A stretch of DNA of 64,000 nt, from contig JAUVUZ010000013.1 of the NCBI GenBank assembly GCA_030604885.1, positions 387 through 64,386 on the forward strand, in the 5' to 3' direction. Position 1 is the first letter of the stretch; every line of letters starts with the position of its first letter. The translations under genes were made by a program, and so were the position numbers. The notes beneath the pieces are model-generated. The model saw nothing but the letters and a program-made list of their open reading frames with translations, searched no databases and had not been told where the DNA came from. Below are positions 18,635 through 27,225 of the stretch, in pieces. The stretch comes from Alphaproteobacteria bacterium (lineage in GTDB: Bacteria > Pseudomonadota > Alphaproteobacteria > Rhodospirillales > Rhodospirillaceae).

Positions 18635-18949
18635 ATGCGACTGTCCTTCAAACCCTTCGCCGCCGCTCTCGCCCTCGGCTCGATGCTCGCCCTCGGGGCG
18701 TGCGCCGAAACCTCCAACACCCAGAGCACCGGCCAGTATCTCGACGACACCGCCATCACCAGCAAGGTGAAGGCGAAGATTCTGCAGGACGAGCAGCTCA
18801 AGGTGCTGCAGATCGGCGTCACCACCTACAACGGCAAGGTTCAGCTCTCCGGCTTCGTCGACAACGCCGCCACCAAGGCCCGCGCCACCCAGGTGGTGCG
18901 CACCGTCGAGGGCGTGACCGCGGTGGAGAACGATCTGGTCGTCAAGTAA
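18635..18949 (+). CDS. BON-domain lipoprotein (OsmY-like)
   Basis: ORF 18635..18949 (104 aa). It has a lipobox (LALGAC) and a BON-domain pattern (..V.V....G.V.LSG.V......A...V..V.GV..V.N.L.V). Confidence 0.8.
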   Translation: MRLSFKPFAAALALGSMLALGACAETSNTQSTGQYLDDTAITSKVKAKILQDEQLKVLQIGVTTYNGKVQLSGFVDNAATKARATQVVRTVEGVTAVENDLVVK

Positions 18950-19008
18950 CGCAGGAACCCCTGCGGACGGGCACCCCCTTCCGTCCCCCCGGAACGCCCG
19001 TCCGTCCG

Positions 19009-19039
19009 CCCGCGCCTCCCCCCAAGGCGCGGGCTTTTT
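19009..19039 (+). terminator. Intrinsic terminator after the BON-domain gene
   Basis: The stem cccgcgcc/ggcgcggg (19009-19016 and 19026-19033) is followed by cTTTTTc. Confidence 0.7.
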
Positions 19040-19043
19040 CGCG

Positions 19044-20765
19044 TCAGTAGGGATAGGGCGGCAGCAGGCGCGGCAGGGTGAGGACGAAGCGGGCGCCGGG
19101 GGTGTCCGGCTCCTCCACGTCGCGGCGGTTGACCGCGCCGATGCGGCCGCCGAGGCCCTGGACGATCTGCCGCGAGATCGCGAGGCCGAGGCCCGAATGG
19201 GTGCCGAACTTCTCGCCCGCCGGGCGCTCGGAGTAGAAGCGGTCGAAGATCGCCTCCTCCTTGCCCTCCGGGATGCCCGGCCCCTCGTCGTCGATTTCCA
19301 CCACCACCACCGGGCCTTGCAGGGTTTCGGCGGCGCGCACCCGCACCACGATGGCGCCGTCGGGCGGGCTGAACGACACCGCGTTGCGGATCAGGTTGCG
19401 GAACACCTGCACCAGTCGGCCCTCCGCCCCCAGCACCCACAGGCCCTCGTCCTCCTGCACCTGGAGGCTCAGGCGCACGCCCTCGGCGTCGCCCGAAAGG
19501 GTTTCCACCTCGATCAGCGCCGAGAGCATGGCGGCGAGGTTGAGCGGCACCGCCGTCGCCTTCATCAGTTCCGCGTCCACCCGCGACATGTCGGCGACGT
19601 CGGAAATCAGGCGGTCGATGCGCTGCACGTCCTCGGCGATGATCGCGAGCAGGCGGCGGCGGTTGTCGGCGTCCTCGATGCGGCTCACCGTCTCCACCGC
19701 GCTGCGCATCGAGGTGAGCGGGTTCTTGATCTCGTGGGCGACGTCGGCGGCGAAGCGTTCGGTGGCCTCGATGCGGTCCCACAGGCTTTCGGTCATCTGC
19801 CCGAGCGCCACCGAGAGGTCGCCGATCTCGTCGTCGCGGCGGGAGAGATCGGGGATGCGGGTGCGGCCGCCCCGGCCGCCCTGCACCAGGATCGCGGCGC
19901 GGGCGAGGCGCCGCACCGGATGGATGATGGTGCCCGCCTGATACCACGACAGCAGGATGGTGACGCCGAGGGTGGAGAGGAACAGCCGCAGGATCGCCTT
20001 GCGCACCTGGAAGACGTTGGCGTCCACCGAGTCCGTGCTGTCGTTGATGAGCACCGCGCCCACCACCTGCTTGTAGTATTGCACCGGCACCGCGACGCCG
20101 AGAATCTTGCCGTGCTCGCCGCGCCGCACCGCCTCGGTGGTCTCGCCGAAGCGCAGCGCCACGCCCAGCTCGTCGTAGGCGTCGAGGGGGTCGAGGGGGG
20201 TTTCGGCATAGGGCGGAATCGCCAGCTCGGCCTCGCTCACCCGGCCGAGCAGGCGCACCAGTCGGTCGTTGAACTCGCGCAGCAGGCGGTCGGCGGCGGG
20301 GTAGAGGCGCGGCGGCGGCAGGTCGGAGACCTCCACCATGCCGCCCGAGACGAACATGTAGCGGCTGTCGGCCAGCAGTTCGCCGCGCTCGTCGAACAGC
20401 CGCACCCGCCGCCCGGCGTGGGCGGAGAGGCGGCGCACCATGTGGCGCGCCTGCTCGGGCAGGAGGCGGTAGCCGTGGCCGCGTTCGAGGGCCGGGGGGC
20501 TGCGGCCGCCGAGGGTGGCGCGGCCGCTCCAGGCGTCGCCGGAGACCGCGCTCTCGGCCACCGCGGCGGCGACCATCTCGCCCTGGGCGCGCAAGGATTC
20601 GAGTTCGGAGCGCAGCAGCCCCTGCTCGTAGGTGTCGAGGTAGAGGGCGCCCAGCACCAGCAGCACCGGCGCCAGCAGGTTGACCGCGAGAATCTTGCGC
20701 GTGAGCGGCGAAATCCGCCGCTCGCGCCACTTCGGGGGTTCGCTCGGGAGGACGTCCTCCGGCAT
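19044..20765 (-). CDS. chvG: Sensor histidine kinase ChvG/ExoS/BvrS family
   Basis: ORF 19044..21026, trimmed to the ATG at 20765 (TAATG overlap with the chvI stop). It has two TM segments, a HAMP domain, an H-box (VAHEIKNPLTSM) and a catalytic domain (GLGLAISRQIV). Its position downstream of chvI and next to hprK and pckG matches the conserved alphaproteobacterial locus. Confidence 0.85.
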   Translation of the reverse strand: MPEDVLPSEPPKWRERRISPLTRKILAVNLLAPVLLVLGALYLDTYEQGLLRSELESLRAQGEMVAAAVAESAVSGDAWSGRATLGGRSPPALERGHGYRLLPEQARHMVRRLSAHAGRRVRLFDERGELLADSRYMFVSGGMVEVSDLPPPRLYPAADRLLREFNDRLVRLLGRVSEAELAIPPYAETPLDPLDAYDELGVALRFGETTEAVRRGEHGKILGVAVPVQYYKQVVGAVLINDSTDSVDANVFQVRKAILRLFLSTLGVTILLSWYQAGTIIHPVRRLARAAILVQGGRGGRTRIPDLSRRDDEIGDLSVALGQMTESLWDRIEATERFAADVAHEIKNPLTSMRSAVETVSRIEDADNRRRLLAIIAEDVQRIDRLISDVADMSRVDAELMKATAVPLNLAAMLSALIEVETLSGDAEGVRLSLQVQEDEGLWVLGAEGRLVQVFRNLIRNAVSFSPPDGAIVVRVRAAETLQGPVVVVEIDDEGPGIPEGKEEAIFDRFYSERPAGEKFGTHSGLGLAISRQIVQGLGGRIGAVNRRDVEEPDTPGARFVLTLPRLLPPYPY

Positions 20766-21487
20766 TACTCGATCTTCTCGCGATACCGGTAGCCGACGCC
20801 GTAGAGGGTTTCGATGTTGGCGAAACTGTCGTCCTCGTCGCGGAACTTCTTGCGGATGCGCTTGATGTGGCTGTCGATGGTGCGGTCGTCGACGTAGATG
20901 TGCTCGCCGTAGGCCACGTCGATCAGCTGGTCGCGGCTCTTCACATGGCCGGGCCGCACCGCGAGCGCCTGCACGATCAGGAATTCGGTGACGGTGAGGT
21001 CCACCGGCTTGCCCTTCCACGAGCACATGTGGCGCGCCGGGTCGAGCACTAGGTCGCCGCGCACCAGCGCCTCCACCGACACCGCGTCCGGATCGCCGCC
21101 CGAGGCGCGGCGCTGGCGCGACACCTCGCCGCGGCGCAGCAGGCTGCGGATGCGCTCGATCAGGAGGCGCTGCGAGAACGGCTTCTTGATGTAGTCGTCG
21201 GCGCCCATGCGCAGGCCGAGAACCTCGTCCACCTCCTCGTCCTTGGAGGTCAGCAGGATCACCGGCACCGCCGAGGTCTTGCGCAGCTCCAGCAGCATTT
21301 CCATGCCGTCCATGCGCGGCATCTTGATGTCGAGAACGATCAAATCCGGGGGCTGCGCGGCGATCCCGGCGAGGCCCTCGGCGCCGTCGTGATACATCGC
21401 CACCTTGAAGCCCTCCGCCTCCAGCGCCATCGACACCGACGCGAGGATGTTGCGGTCGTCGTCCACCAGCGTAATCGCGTAGCTCAC
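20765..21487 (-). CDS. chvI: OmpR-family response regulator ChvI/BvrR
   Basis: ORF 20765..21583, trimmed to the GTG at 21487 (GGAGG lies 7 nt upstream). The product [15 protein letters not shown]... has a receiver domain plus a winged helix (..[11 protein letters not shown]). Confidence 0.85.
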   Translation of the reverse strand: MSYAITLVDDDRNILASVSMALEAEGFKVAMYHDGAEGLAGIAAQPPDLIVLDIKMPRMDGMEMLLELRKTSAVPVILLTSKDEEVDEVLGLRMGADDYIKKPFSQRLLIERIRSLLRRGEVSRQRRASGGDPDAVSVEALVRGDLVLDPARHMCSWKGKPVDLTVTEFLIVQALAVRPGHVKSRDQLIDVAYGEHIYVDDRTIDSHIKRIRKKFRDEDDSFANIETLYGVGYRYREKIE

Positions 21488-21560
21488 AGTCGTCCTCCCC
21501 CTAGGTCCCAAACCGGCGCTCTCCGGTACCGTGCGATTGTGGCGAAAATCGCGCTCCGCG

Positions 21561-22082
21561 TCACGGACTGCCGGAGGCGCCATGCCCGGGCATGGCGTGG
21601 CCCGGCATGGCGTGGGGGGCGTCCGCCGCGCGGGCGCCGATCGGCCGCACCGTCACCGGAACCTCGACCGTGCCGCCGCGGGCGAAGCTGAGGGTGAGCG
21701 GGAAGGTGGCGCCCTCGGCCAGCGGCGCCCTGAGGCCGATCAGCATCACGTGCAGGCCGCCGGGCTTCAGCTCCACCGCGCCGTGGGCGGGAATCTCGAT
21801 GCGCTCGACCTTGCGCATCTTCATCACCCCGCCGTCCATGGCGTGGGTGTGCAGCTCCACCGCGTCGGCCACCGGCGCCGCCGCGGCCACCAGCGCGTCG
21901 CCCTCCGCGGCCGGATTCTCGAGGGTCAGAAACGCCGCTCCGGCGGGTGCGCCCGCCGGAGTCGCGCGCGCCCAGGCGGCGCGGACGGCGATCCCCTCCC
22001 CCGCGTCCGCGTGCGGCGCGGCGAAGGCCCCGGCGACTCCGAAGACGAGCGCCGCGAGCGCCCCGAAAAACCCTTCTCTCAT
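21561..22082 (-). CDS. Periplasmic copper chaperone PCu(A)C (DUF461)
   Basis: ORF 21561..22154, trimmed to the ATG at 22082. It has a signal peptide and the H(M)x10Mx21HxM-type region ([17 protein letters not shown]...[13 protein letters not shown]). The C-terminal tail is [11 protein letters not shown]. Confidence 0.8.
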   Translation of the reverse strand: MREGFFGALAALVFGVAGAFAAPHADAGEGIAVRAAWARATPAGAPAGAAFLTLENPAAEGDALVAAAAPVADAVELHTHAMDGGVMKMRKVERIEIPAHGAVELKPGGLHVMLIGLRAPLAEGATFPLTLSFARGGTVEVPVTVRPIGARAADAPHAMPGHAMPGHGASGSP

Positions 22083-22335
22083 TGGCAGAAATCCTCGGTT
22101 TTTGGAAACTCCCCGCGACCATCTTACGGCCGGGCAGAAAAACCTGCACCGCATTTCGCAACACTTCCAACAAGCGGTTTCGGTCGGGGGGGCGACGCGC
22201 TATTCTAACGCTTGTCGCGAGCGGATCTGGGGGTCTGGATCTCCGCTCCGCGACAAGGCGAGGAAGTCCAACGTTCTTCGCGCGGCGCGTTCATCGCGTG
22301 CCGCTCTCAACACACCGAAACGGGAGAACACGACC

Positions 22336-24168
22336 GTGGAAAATCTGGGTCCGGTGATCGGTAAGCATGGCACCTCTACCAATCCGAAGCTGCTGGCGTG
22401 GGTGGATGAGATTGCGCGTTTGACGAAGCCCGACAGCATCTACTGGTGCGACGGGTCGCAGGAAGAATACGACAGCTTGTGCCAGCTGCTGGTCGATGCC
22501 GGAGCGTTCATCCGCCTCAATGCCGAAAAGCGCCCGAACAGCTACCTCTGCCGCTCCGATCCGCAGGACGTCGCCCGCGTCGAGGACCGCACCTTCATCT
22601 GCTCGCAGAACCGCAACGACGCCGGCCCCACCAACAACTGGATGGACCCGCGCGAGATGAAGGCGACCCTCAACGGCCTGTTCGACGGCTGCATGAAGGG
22701 GCGCACCCTCTACGTCGTGCCGTTCTCCATGGGTCCGCTCGGCAGCCCGATCGCGCAGATCGGCGTCGAGATCACCGACAGCCCCTACGTCGCCGTCAAC
22801 ATGCGGATCATGACCCGCATGGGCCAGGCGGTGCTCGACGTGCTGGGCGCCGACGGCGATTTCGTCCCCTGCGTCCACTCGGTGGGCAAGCCCCTCGGCA
22901 AGGGCGAGACCGACGTCGCCTGGCCCTGCAACCCGAAGAACATCTACATCACCCACTTCCCCGAGACCCGCGAGATCTGGTCGTTCGGCTCGGGCTACGG
23001 CGGCAACGCCCTGCTCGGCAAGAAGTGTCTGGCGCTGCGCATCGCCTCGGTGATGGCGCGCGACGAGGGCTGGCTGGCCGAGCACATGCTGATCGTCGGC
23101 GTCGAGAACCCCCAGGGCGAGAAGACCTACGTCGCCGCCGCCTTCCCCTCCGCCTGCGGCAAGACCAACTTCGCGATGCTGGTGCCGCCCGCGGGCTTCG
23201 AGGGCTGGAAGATCTGGACCGTCGGCGACGACATCGCCTGGATCAAGCCCGGCAAGGACGGCCGCCTCTACGCCATCAATCCGGAGGCCGGGTTCTTCGG
23301 CGTCGCCCCCGGCACCGGCGTCAAGACCAACTACAACGCCATCCAGTCGTGCCGCGCCAACAGCATCTTCACCAACGTGGCGCTCACCGACGACGGCGAC
23401 ATCTGGTGGGAGGGCCTGACCGACGAGAAGCCCGCCCATCTGATCGACTGGAAGGGCCGCGACTGGACCCCGGCGAGCCCGGAACCGGCCGCCCACCCCA
23501 ACAGCCGCTTCACCGCTCCGGCGGGCCAGTGCCCGACCATCGACCCGGATTGGGAAAACCCGGCGGGCGTGCCGATCTCGGCGTTCCTGTTCGGCGGCCG
23601 CCTGTCGAAGAACATGCCGCTGGTGTTCCAGGCGTTCAATTGGGAGCACGGCGTCTACATGGGCGCCAGCATGGGGTCGGAAGCCACCGCCGCGGCGGTG
23701 GGCCAGGCCGCCATCCGCCGCGATCCGATGGCGATGCTGCCGTTCTGCGGCTACCACATGGCGGATTACTGGAGCCATTGGCTGAGCGTCGGCCGCACCT
23801 TGAAGAACCCGCCCGCGATCTTCCGCGTCAACTGGTTCCGCAAGAACGCCGAGGGCAAGTTCATCTGGCCCGGCTTCGGCGACAACATGCGGGTGCTGAA
23901 GTGGATCGTCGACCGCGTCCACGGTCGCGCCTTCGCCGAGGAAGGGCCGCTCGGCCTGATGCCGCGCTATGAAGACCTGGAGTGGAACGGCCTCGACTTC
24001 CCGGCCGACAAGTTCGCCGATGTGATGGCGGTGGAGCGGGACTCGGGTCTGGACGAAGTGCGCGACCACGAGGTCCACTTCGACAAGTTCTACGACCGCC
24101 TGCCCAAGGAATTCGTGCTCGAGCGGGAGCTGCTGAAGGCCCGCATCTGGCGCACGCCGAACGCCTGA
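22336..24168 (+). CDS. pckG: Phosphoenolpyruvate carboxykinase (GTP-dependent)
   Basis: This is the 3' part of ORF 21592..24168, trimmed to the GTG at 22336 (GGGAGA lies 8 nt upstream). It is 610 aa and has the GTP-PEPCK P-loop FPSACGKTN and the motif WMDPREMK. Confidence 0.9.
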   Translation: MENLGPVIGKHGTSTNPKLLAWVDEIARLTKPDSIYWCDGSQEEYDSLCQLLVDAGAFIRLNAEKRPNSYLCRSDPQDVARVEDRTFICSQNRNDAGPTNNWMDPREMKATLNGLFDGCMKGRTLYVVPFSMGPLGSPIAQIGVEITDSPYVAVNMRIMTRMGQAVLDVLGADGDFVPCVHSVGKPLGKGETDVAWPCNPKNIYITHFPETREIWSFGSGYGGNALLGKKCLALRIASVMARDEGWLAEHMLIVGVENPQGEKTYVAAAFPSACGKTNFAMLVPPAGFEGWKIWTVGDDIAWIKPGKDGRLYAINPEAGFFGVAPGTGVKTNYNAIQSCRANSIFTNVALTDDGDIWWEGLTDEKPAHLIDWKGRDWTPASPEPAAHPNSRFTAPAGQCPTIDPDWENPAGVPISAFLFGGRLSKNMPLVFQAFNWEHGVYMGASMGSEATAAAVGQAAIRRDPMAMLPFCGYHMADYWSHWLSVGRTLKNPPAIFRVNWFRKNAEGKFIWPGFGDNMRVLKWIVDRVHGRAFAEEGPLGLMPRYEDLEWNGLDFPADKFADVMAVERDSGLDEVRDHEVHFDKFYDRLPKEFVLERELLKARIWRTPNA

Positions 24169-24188
24169 GGCACGACATCCCAACCCGG

Positions 24189-24218
24189 CCGGGCGGAGGC
24201 GACTCCGCCCGGTTTTTT
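24189..24218 (+). terminator. Intrinsic terminator of pckG
   Basis: The stem ccgggcgga/tccgcccgg (24189-24197 and 24204-24212) is followed by TTTTTT (24213-24218). Confidence 0.85.
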
Positions 24219-24397
24219 CATGCCCGCCGTCGGCGCACGTGGTCCTCCATCCGGAAACGCGCATGGGGAAAGGCAACGCTTGCGCCAATCGGTAAGATTT
24301 TGACGGATACACGGTTATTCGGGCGGGGCAGCGGCCGGTGTCAAGAAATCCGACACCGGAAGGGAGGAGGAGCGGCGGGCGCCGCTCCTCCGGGGGA

Positions 24398-25021
24398 TCA
24401 GGCGGCGGCGCGGCGGCGGCGCACGCCGAACACGCCCATGCCCGCCACCGCCACGCCGAACAGGCCGAGGGCGGCCGGAAGCGGAGTGGCGGCGACGCGC
24501 ACGTTGTCGAACTCGAAGGAGTTGCCGCCCGAGGTCAGCACCACCGAGGTGAAGGTGCCGTCCACGGCGAAGAAGTTGGCGTAGATCGCCGACACGCCGT
24601 CCGGCGGGTCGAGAATGTCGCTGCCGGTGAAGGTGGCGACCACGGTGTCGCCGTCATAGAAGGTGGCGGTGTTGAAGTCGTCCACCGTGCCCCACAGCAG
24701 GCCGAAATAGGTGGCCGGACCGGCGAAGGAGAAGGTGAGCGAGGAACCGCCCTGGATCGCGACGTATTCGTTGCCCGGTTCGCCGGTGCCGAGCACGTAG
24801 ATGCCGGTGGCGTCGTTGACCACCAGCGGGTCGGTGGCCAGCTTCACCGGACCCCAGCTCAGGGAATCGTAGACGCCGGGGGCGTAGGAATCGAAGCCCT
24901 GATAGATCGCGTCGCCGGGGGCGTTGAGGACGCCGGGAATGAAACTGATGCTGGTTGCCTGTGCAGGGGCGGCGGCGAACCCGAGGAGGGGAAGCGCGGC
25001 CAGCAGGTAACGGAATTTCAT
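24398..25021 (-). CDS. Secreted protein with PEP-CTERM-type (TPLPAAL, VPLPA-like) exosortase sorting tail, paralogue 1
   Basis: ORF 24398..25123, trimmed to the ATG at 25021 (GGAGGA upstream). It has a signal peptide (MKFRYLLAALPLLGFAAAPAQA). The C-terminus is ...NSFEFDNVRVAATPLPAALGLFGVAVAGMGVFGVRRRRAAA, which is motif, TM helix and Arg cluster in that order. Confidence 0.85.
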   Translation of the reverse strand: MKFRYLLAALPLLGFAAAPAQATSISFIPGVLNAPGDAIYQGFDSYAPGVYDSLSWGPVKLATDPLVVNDATGIYVLGTGEPGNEYVAIQGGSSLTFSFAGPATYFGLLWGTVDDFNTATFYDGDTVVATFTGSDILDPPDGVSAIYANFFAVDGTFTSVVLTSGGNSFEFDNVRVAATPLPAALGLFGVAVAGMGVFGVRRRRAAA

Positions 25022-25066
25022 CTTGTCCTCCATGAAAACAACGAGCCTAACTCGCCCGACGGTTGA

Positions 25067-25081
25067 GCAATGCCCGTGCCA
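25067..25081 (-). promoter_or_regulatory. Sigma-54 (-24/-12) promoter of PEP-CTERM paralogue 1
   Basis: The reverse strand reads TGGCAC-GGGCA-TTGC(T), an exact match to the TGGCAC-N5-TTGC consensus, about 45 nt upstream of the ATG at 25021. Confidence 0.8.
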
Positions 25082-25373
25082 CTCTCGTAACGGATTGAAA
25101 TTGGGGCAAAAATCGGGCGTCATGCCATCGCATGGTCAAAATTGCCGACACCCGAAACGACGGCGGGACGCGCACGGAGGATGAGCGTCGCCGGTCAATC
25201 CACTGAAATAGAATAATTCCGGAAAAATCCCCCGAGGCCGGATGCTGTCAAATCTACCGGCACCGGCCTTGCGCGCGCGGAGGGGGGGGGTGCGCCCGCC
25301 AAGGCCGGTGCGGCTTGCCGTCCCGGACCGGCGCCGCCCTGCATCGGCGCCGGTCGTGGGACGGCGGGAGCGA

Positions 25374-25988
25374 TCAGGACTGGCGGCGGCGCCGCAGGCC
25401 CAACGCGCCCATTCCGGCGATCGCCGAGCCGAACAGGCCGAGAGCGGCCGGCAGCGGCGTCGGGGCGACGCGGACGTTGTCGAACTCGAAGGAGTTCGAC
25501 GAGCTGGCGAACACCACGGTGTCGAACACCTCGCCCGCGCCGGCCCAGAAGTTGGCGTAGACCACCGCCGTGCCGCCGTCGGAAATGCCCGCGAGACCGG
25601 CGATCTGGGTGCCGGTGTAGGACGCCACGAGCACCCCGTCGTTGTAGAACGAGATGGTGTTGTAGCTGTCCACCGTGCCCCACAGCAGCCCGAAGTACTG
25701 CATGTCGCCGGCGAGGGTGAGGGTCACCGGGCTGAGGCCCGCGGTGACGAAGGCATACCGCCCGGTGTCCACCGAGAACGGCAGCACGTGTTCGCCGGTG
25801 AGGTCGGAGAACGCGTAGCCGACGCTCGGCGACCACGTGCCCACGCCGTCCACGCCCGACGAGAAGTCTTCCATCACCGCGCTGCCGGGAATGAAGCCTT
25901 CGCCGAAGGTGACGCCGACGGCATGCGCCGGGGCGGAGGCGAAGCCGACGGCCGACATTGCGGCGAGAGCTGCAAGCACCTTTTTCAT
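25374..25988 (-). CDS. Secreted protein with PEP-CTERM-type (TPLPAAL) sorting tail, paralogue 2
   Basis: ORF 25374..26060, trimmed to the ATG at 25988 (GGAGAA upstream). It has a signal peptide (MKKVLAALAAMSAVGFASAPAHA). It shares the YFGLLWGTVD.(F/Y)NT..FY and NSFEFDNVRVA.TPLPAALGLFG blocks with paralogue 1. Confidence 0.85.
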   Translation of the reverse strand: MKKVLAALAAMSAVGFASAPAHAVGVTFGEGFIPGSAVMEDFSSGVDGVGTWSPSVGYAFSDLTGEHVLPFSVDTGRYAFVTAGLSPVTLTLAGDMQYFGLLWGTVDSYNTISFYNDGVLVASYTGTQIAGLAGISDGGTAVVYANFWAGAGEVFDTVVFASSSNSFEFDNVRVAPTPLPAALGLFGSAIAGMGALGLRRRRQS

Positions 25989-26041
25989 CACGTTTCTCCT
26001 GGGTTCTGGTCCGTTCGCAAGAAACTCCGACCCCCAGTACA

Positions 26042-26056
26042 GCAATCGCCGTGCCA
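26042..26056 (-). promoter_or_regulatory. Sigma-54 (-24/-12) promoter of PEP-CTERM paralogue 2
   Basis: The reverse strand reads TGGCAC-GGCGA-TTGC(T), about 53 nt upstream of the ATG at 25988. Confidence 0.8.
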
Positions 26057-26276
26057 TCATAGTTACTCATTGATTCTAAACGGATATTTTCACAAAAAAT
26101 GCCGCCGTGTAAAAGTTTACGACAGGTCGCCGCCGCCGGGGCCGACGTACCCATGTACCTGGAATCCCCGAGGAAACCTTGGGGTCTTGCGCGCATACTC
26201 CTGTCGGCGCCGAGTCCATGCGTACATGCGACTCCGGCGCGGCTGTAAAATTTCCCGACATCGCCGCAGCGGACGC

Positions 26277-26311
26277 AAAAAAACGCCCGCCCCGGCTGCG
26301 CCGGAGCGGGC
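26277..26311 (-). terminator. Intrinsic terminator of the third PEP-CTERM gene
   Basis: The reverse strand reads gcccgcuccggc-gcag-ccggggcgggc (an 11-bp stem with one G-U pair) followed by TTTTTTT. It starts about 20 nt after the stop at 26332. Confidence 0.8.
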
Positions 26312-26331
26312 GGAAATCGGCCGGGCCGACC

Positions 26332-26721
26332 TCAGGCGGCGCGGCGTTGCGGGCGGCGGCGGCGCGACACCGCAACCCCCAGCAGGCCGAGAAGCCCCGA
26401 GCCGAACAGCGCCAGGGCGCCGGGCACCGGCAGCTCGAACCGGGTGGTGGCGGCGTCGGCCGCCGCGTCGGAACGGGACTGCCCGGCGCGGGCGAGGCGG
26501 AGCGGCGGCTCCGAAGCCGCCTGACGCCGCACCGCCACCGCCGGAGTGGCGTCGGGGGCCACCGACCCGGGCGCCGCCGCGGGCGTGAGCGGCACCGCCG
26601 GGTCGATGGCGGCGAAGGTGGACGGTTGCGGACGCGCCAGGACCTCGGGCACCGCCGCGACGGCGGCGGCGGATACCGAAAATCCGAGCACCAGAATTTT
26701 CCAGTGAGATGGCTTTTTCAC
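26332..26721 (-). CDS. Small Pro/Ala-rich secreted protein with PEP-CTERM sorting tail
   Basis: ORF 26332..26829, trimmed to the GTG at 26721 (GGGAGAA lies 5 nt upstream). The sigma-54 promoter sits inside the ORF-track 5' extension, so the true start must be downstream of it. The product is VKKPSHWKILVLGFSVSAAAVAAVPEVLA... with the C-terminus FELPVPGALALFGSGLLGLLGVAVSRRRR. Confidence 0.7.
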   Translation of the reverse strand: MKKPSHWKILVLGFSVSAAAVAAVPEVLARPQPSTFAAIDPAVPLTPAAAPGSVAPDATPAVAVRRQAASEPPLRLARAGQSRSDAAADAATTRFELPVPGALALFGSGLLGLLGVAVSRRRRPQRRAA

Positions 26722-26813
26722 GAGGGTTCTCCCTTCTCTCAGAATGGAACCTACCCCCCATTCGGCTCCCCGAACGCAAAGGCAACGTCGTCGCCGGAGC
26801 CGCACGATCCGGC

Positions 26814-26828
26814 GCAATCCCCGTGCCA
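26814..26828 (-). promoter_or_regulatory. Sigma-54 (-24/-12) promoter of the third PEP-CTERM gene
   Basis: The reverse strand reads TGGCAC-GGGGA-TTGC(G), about 92 nt upstream of the GTG at 26721. Confidence 0.75.
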
Positions 26829-27225
26829 TTCGCCGACAAAACCGGAATGTTTCCAGATTTCAGGGCGTTGATCCGGATGCCGGACGAACCCCGGCGGGCG
26901 GTGCGGGCACGGAACTGCCTACGCCTGCATCAGGGTGGTTTCTTATTCATCATATTTCAACCCCACCCCCATAATCCGATACGCAGAAGGAGTCATTGCA
27001 ACCGTCCTGCGCCATTCCTAGGTGTAAGACGTTCACACGTGTCGCGGGTCGGCGGCGGCGTTTCGGGCAGGTGACGCAAGCGTGTGGGCAGGAGCGTCGT
27101 CATCGACCGCGTCAGGTCGGGCTCAGAGAGGTCAACGCGGACACGCCGTCCGGAACATTTTCGCGAGACCTGCGTTTGCAGCGCGGTGGGTTTTCCGCGC
27201 TTCGATGATCTTCAGGGGGTCGACG

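Noticed and set aside
24335-24391. Hairpins just downstream of PEP-CTERM paralogue 1 (ggaggagcggc/gccgctcctcc at 24366-24391, ccggtgtc/gacaccgg at 24335-24359), and similar ones after paralogue 2 (25320-25370), as intrinsic terminators.
   Set aside because: The stems are strong, but no U-tract follows on the gene strand. I cannot support calling them canonical intrinsic terminators, though they may still pause or stop transcription.
26996-27208. 70-aa ORF (TTG start after AAGGAG) in the prsK upstream region.
   Set aside because: The spacing from the Shine-Dalgarno is only 3 nt. The product is Arg-rich with no features, and it overlaps the likely prsK 5' end. It is probably non-coding.
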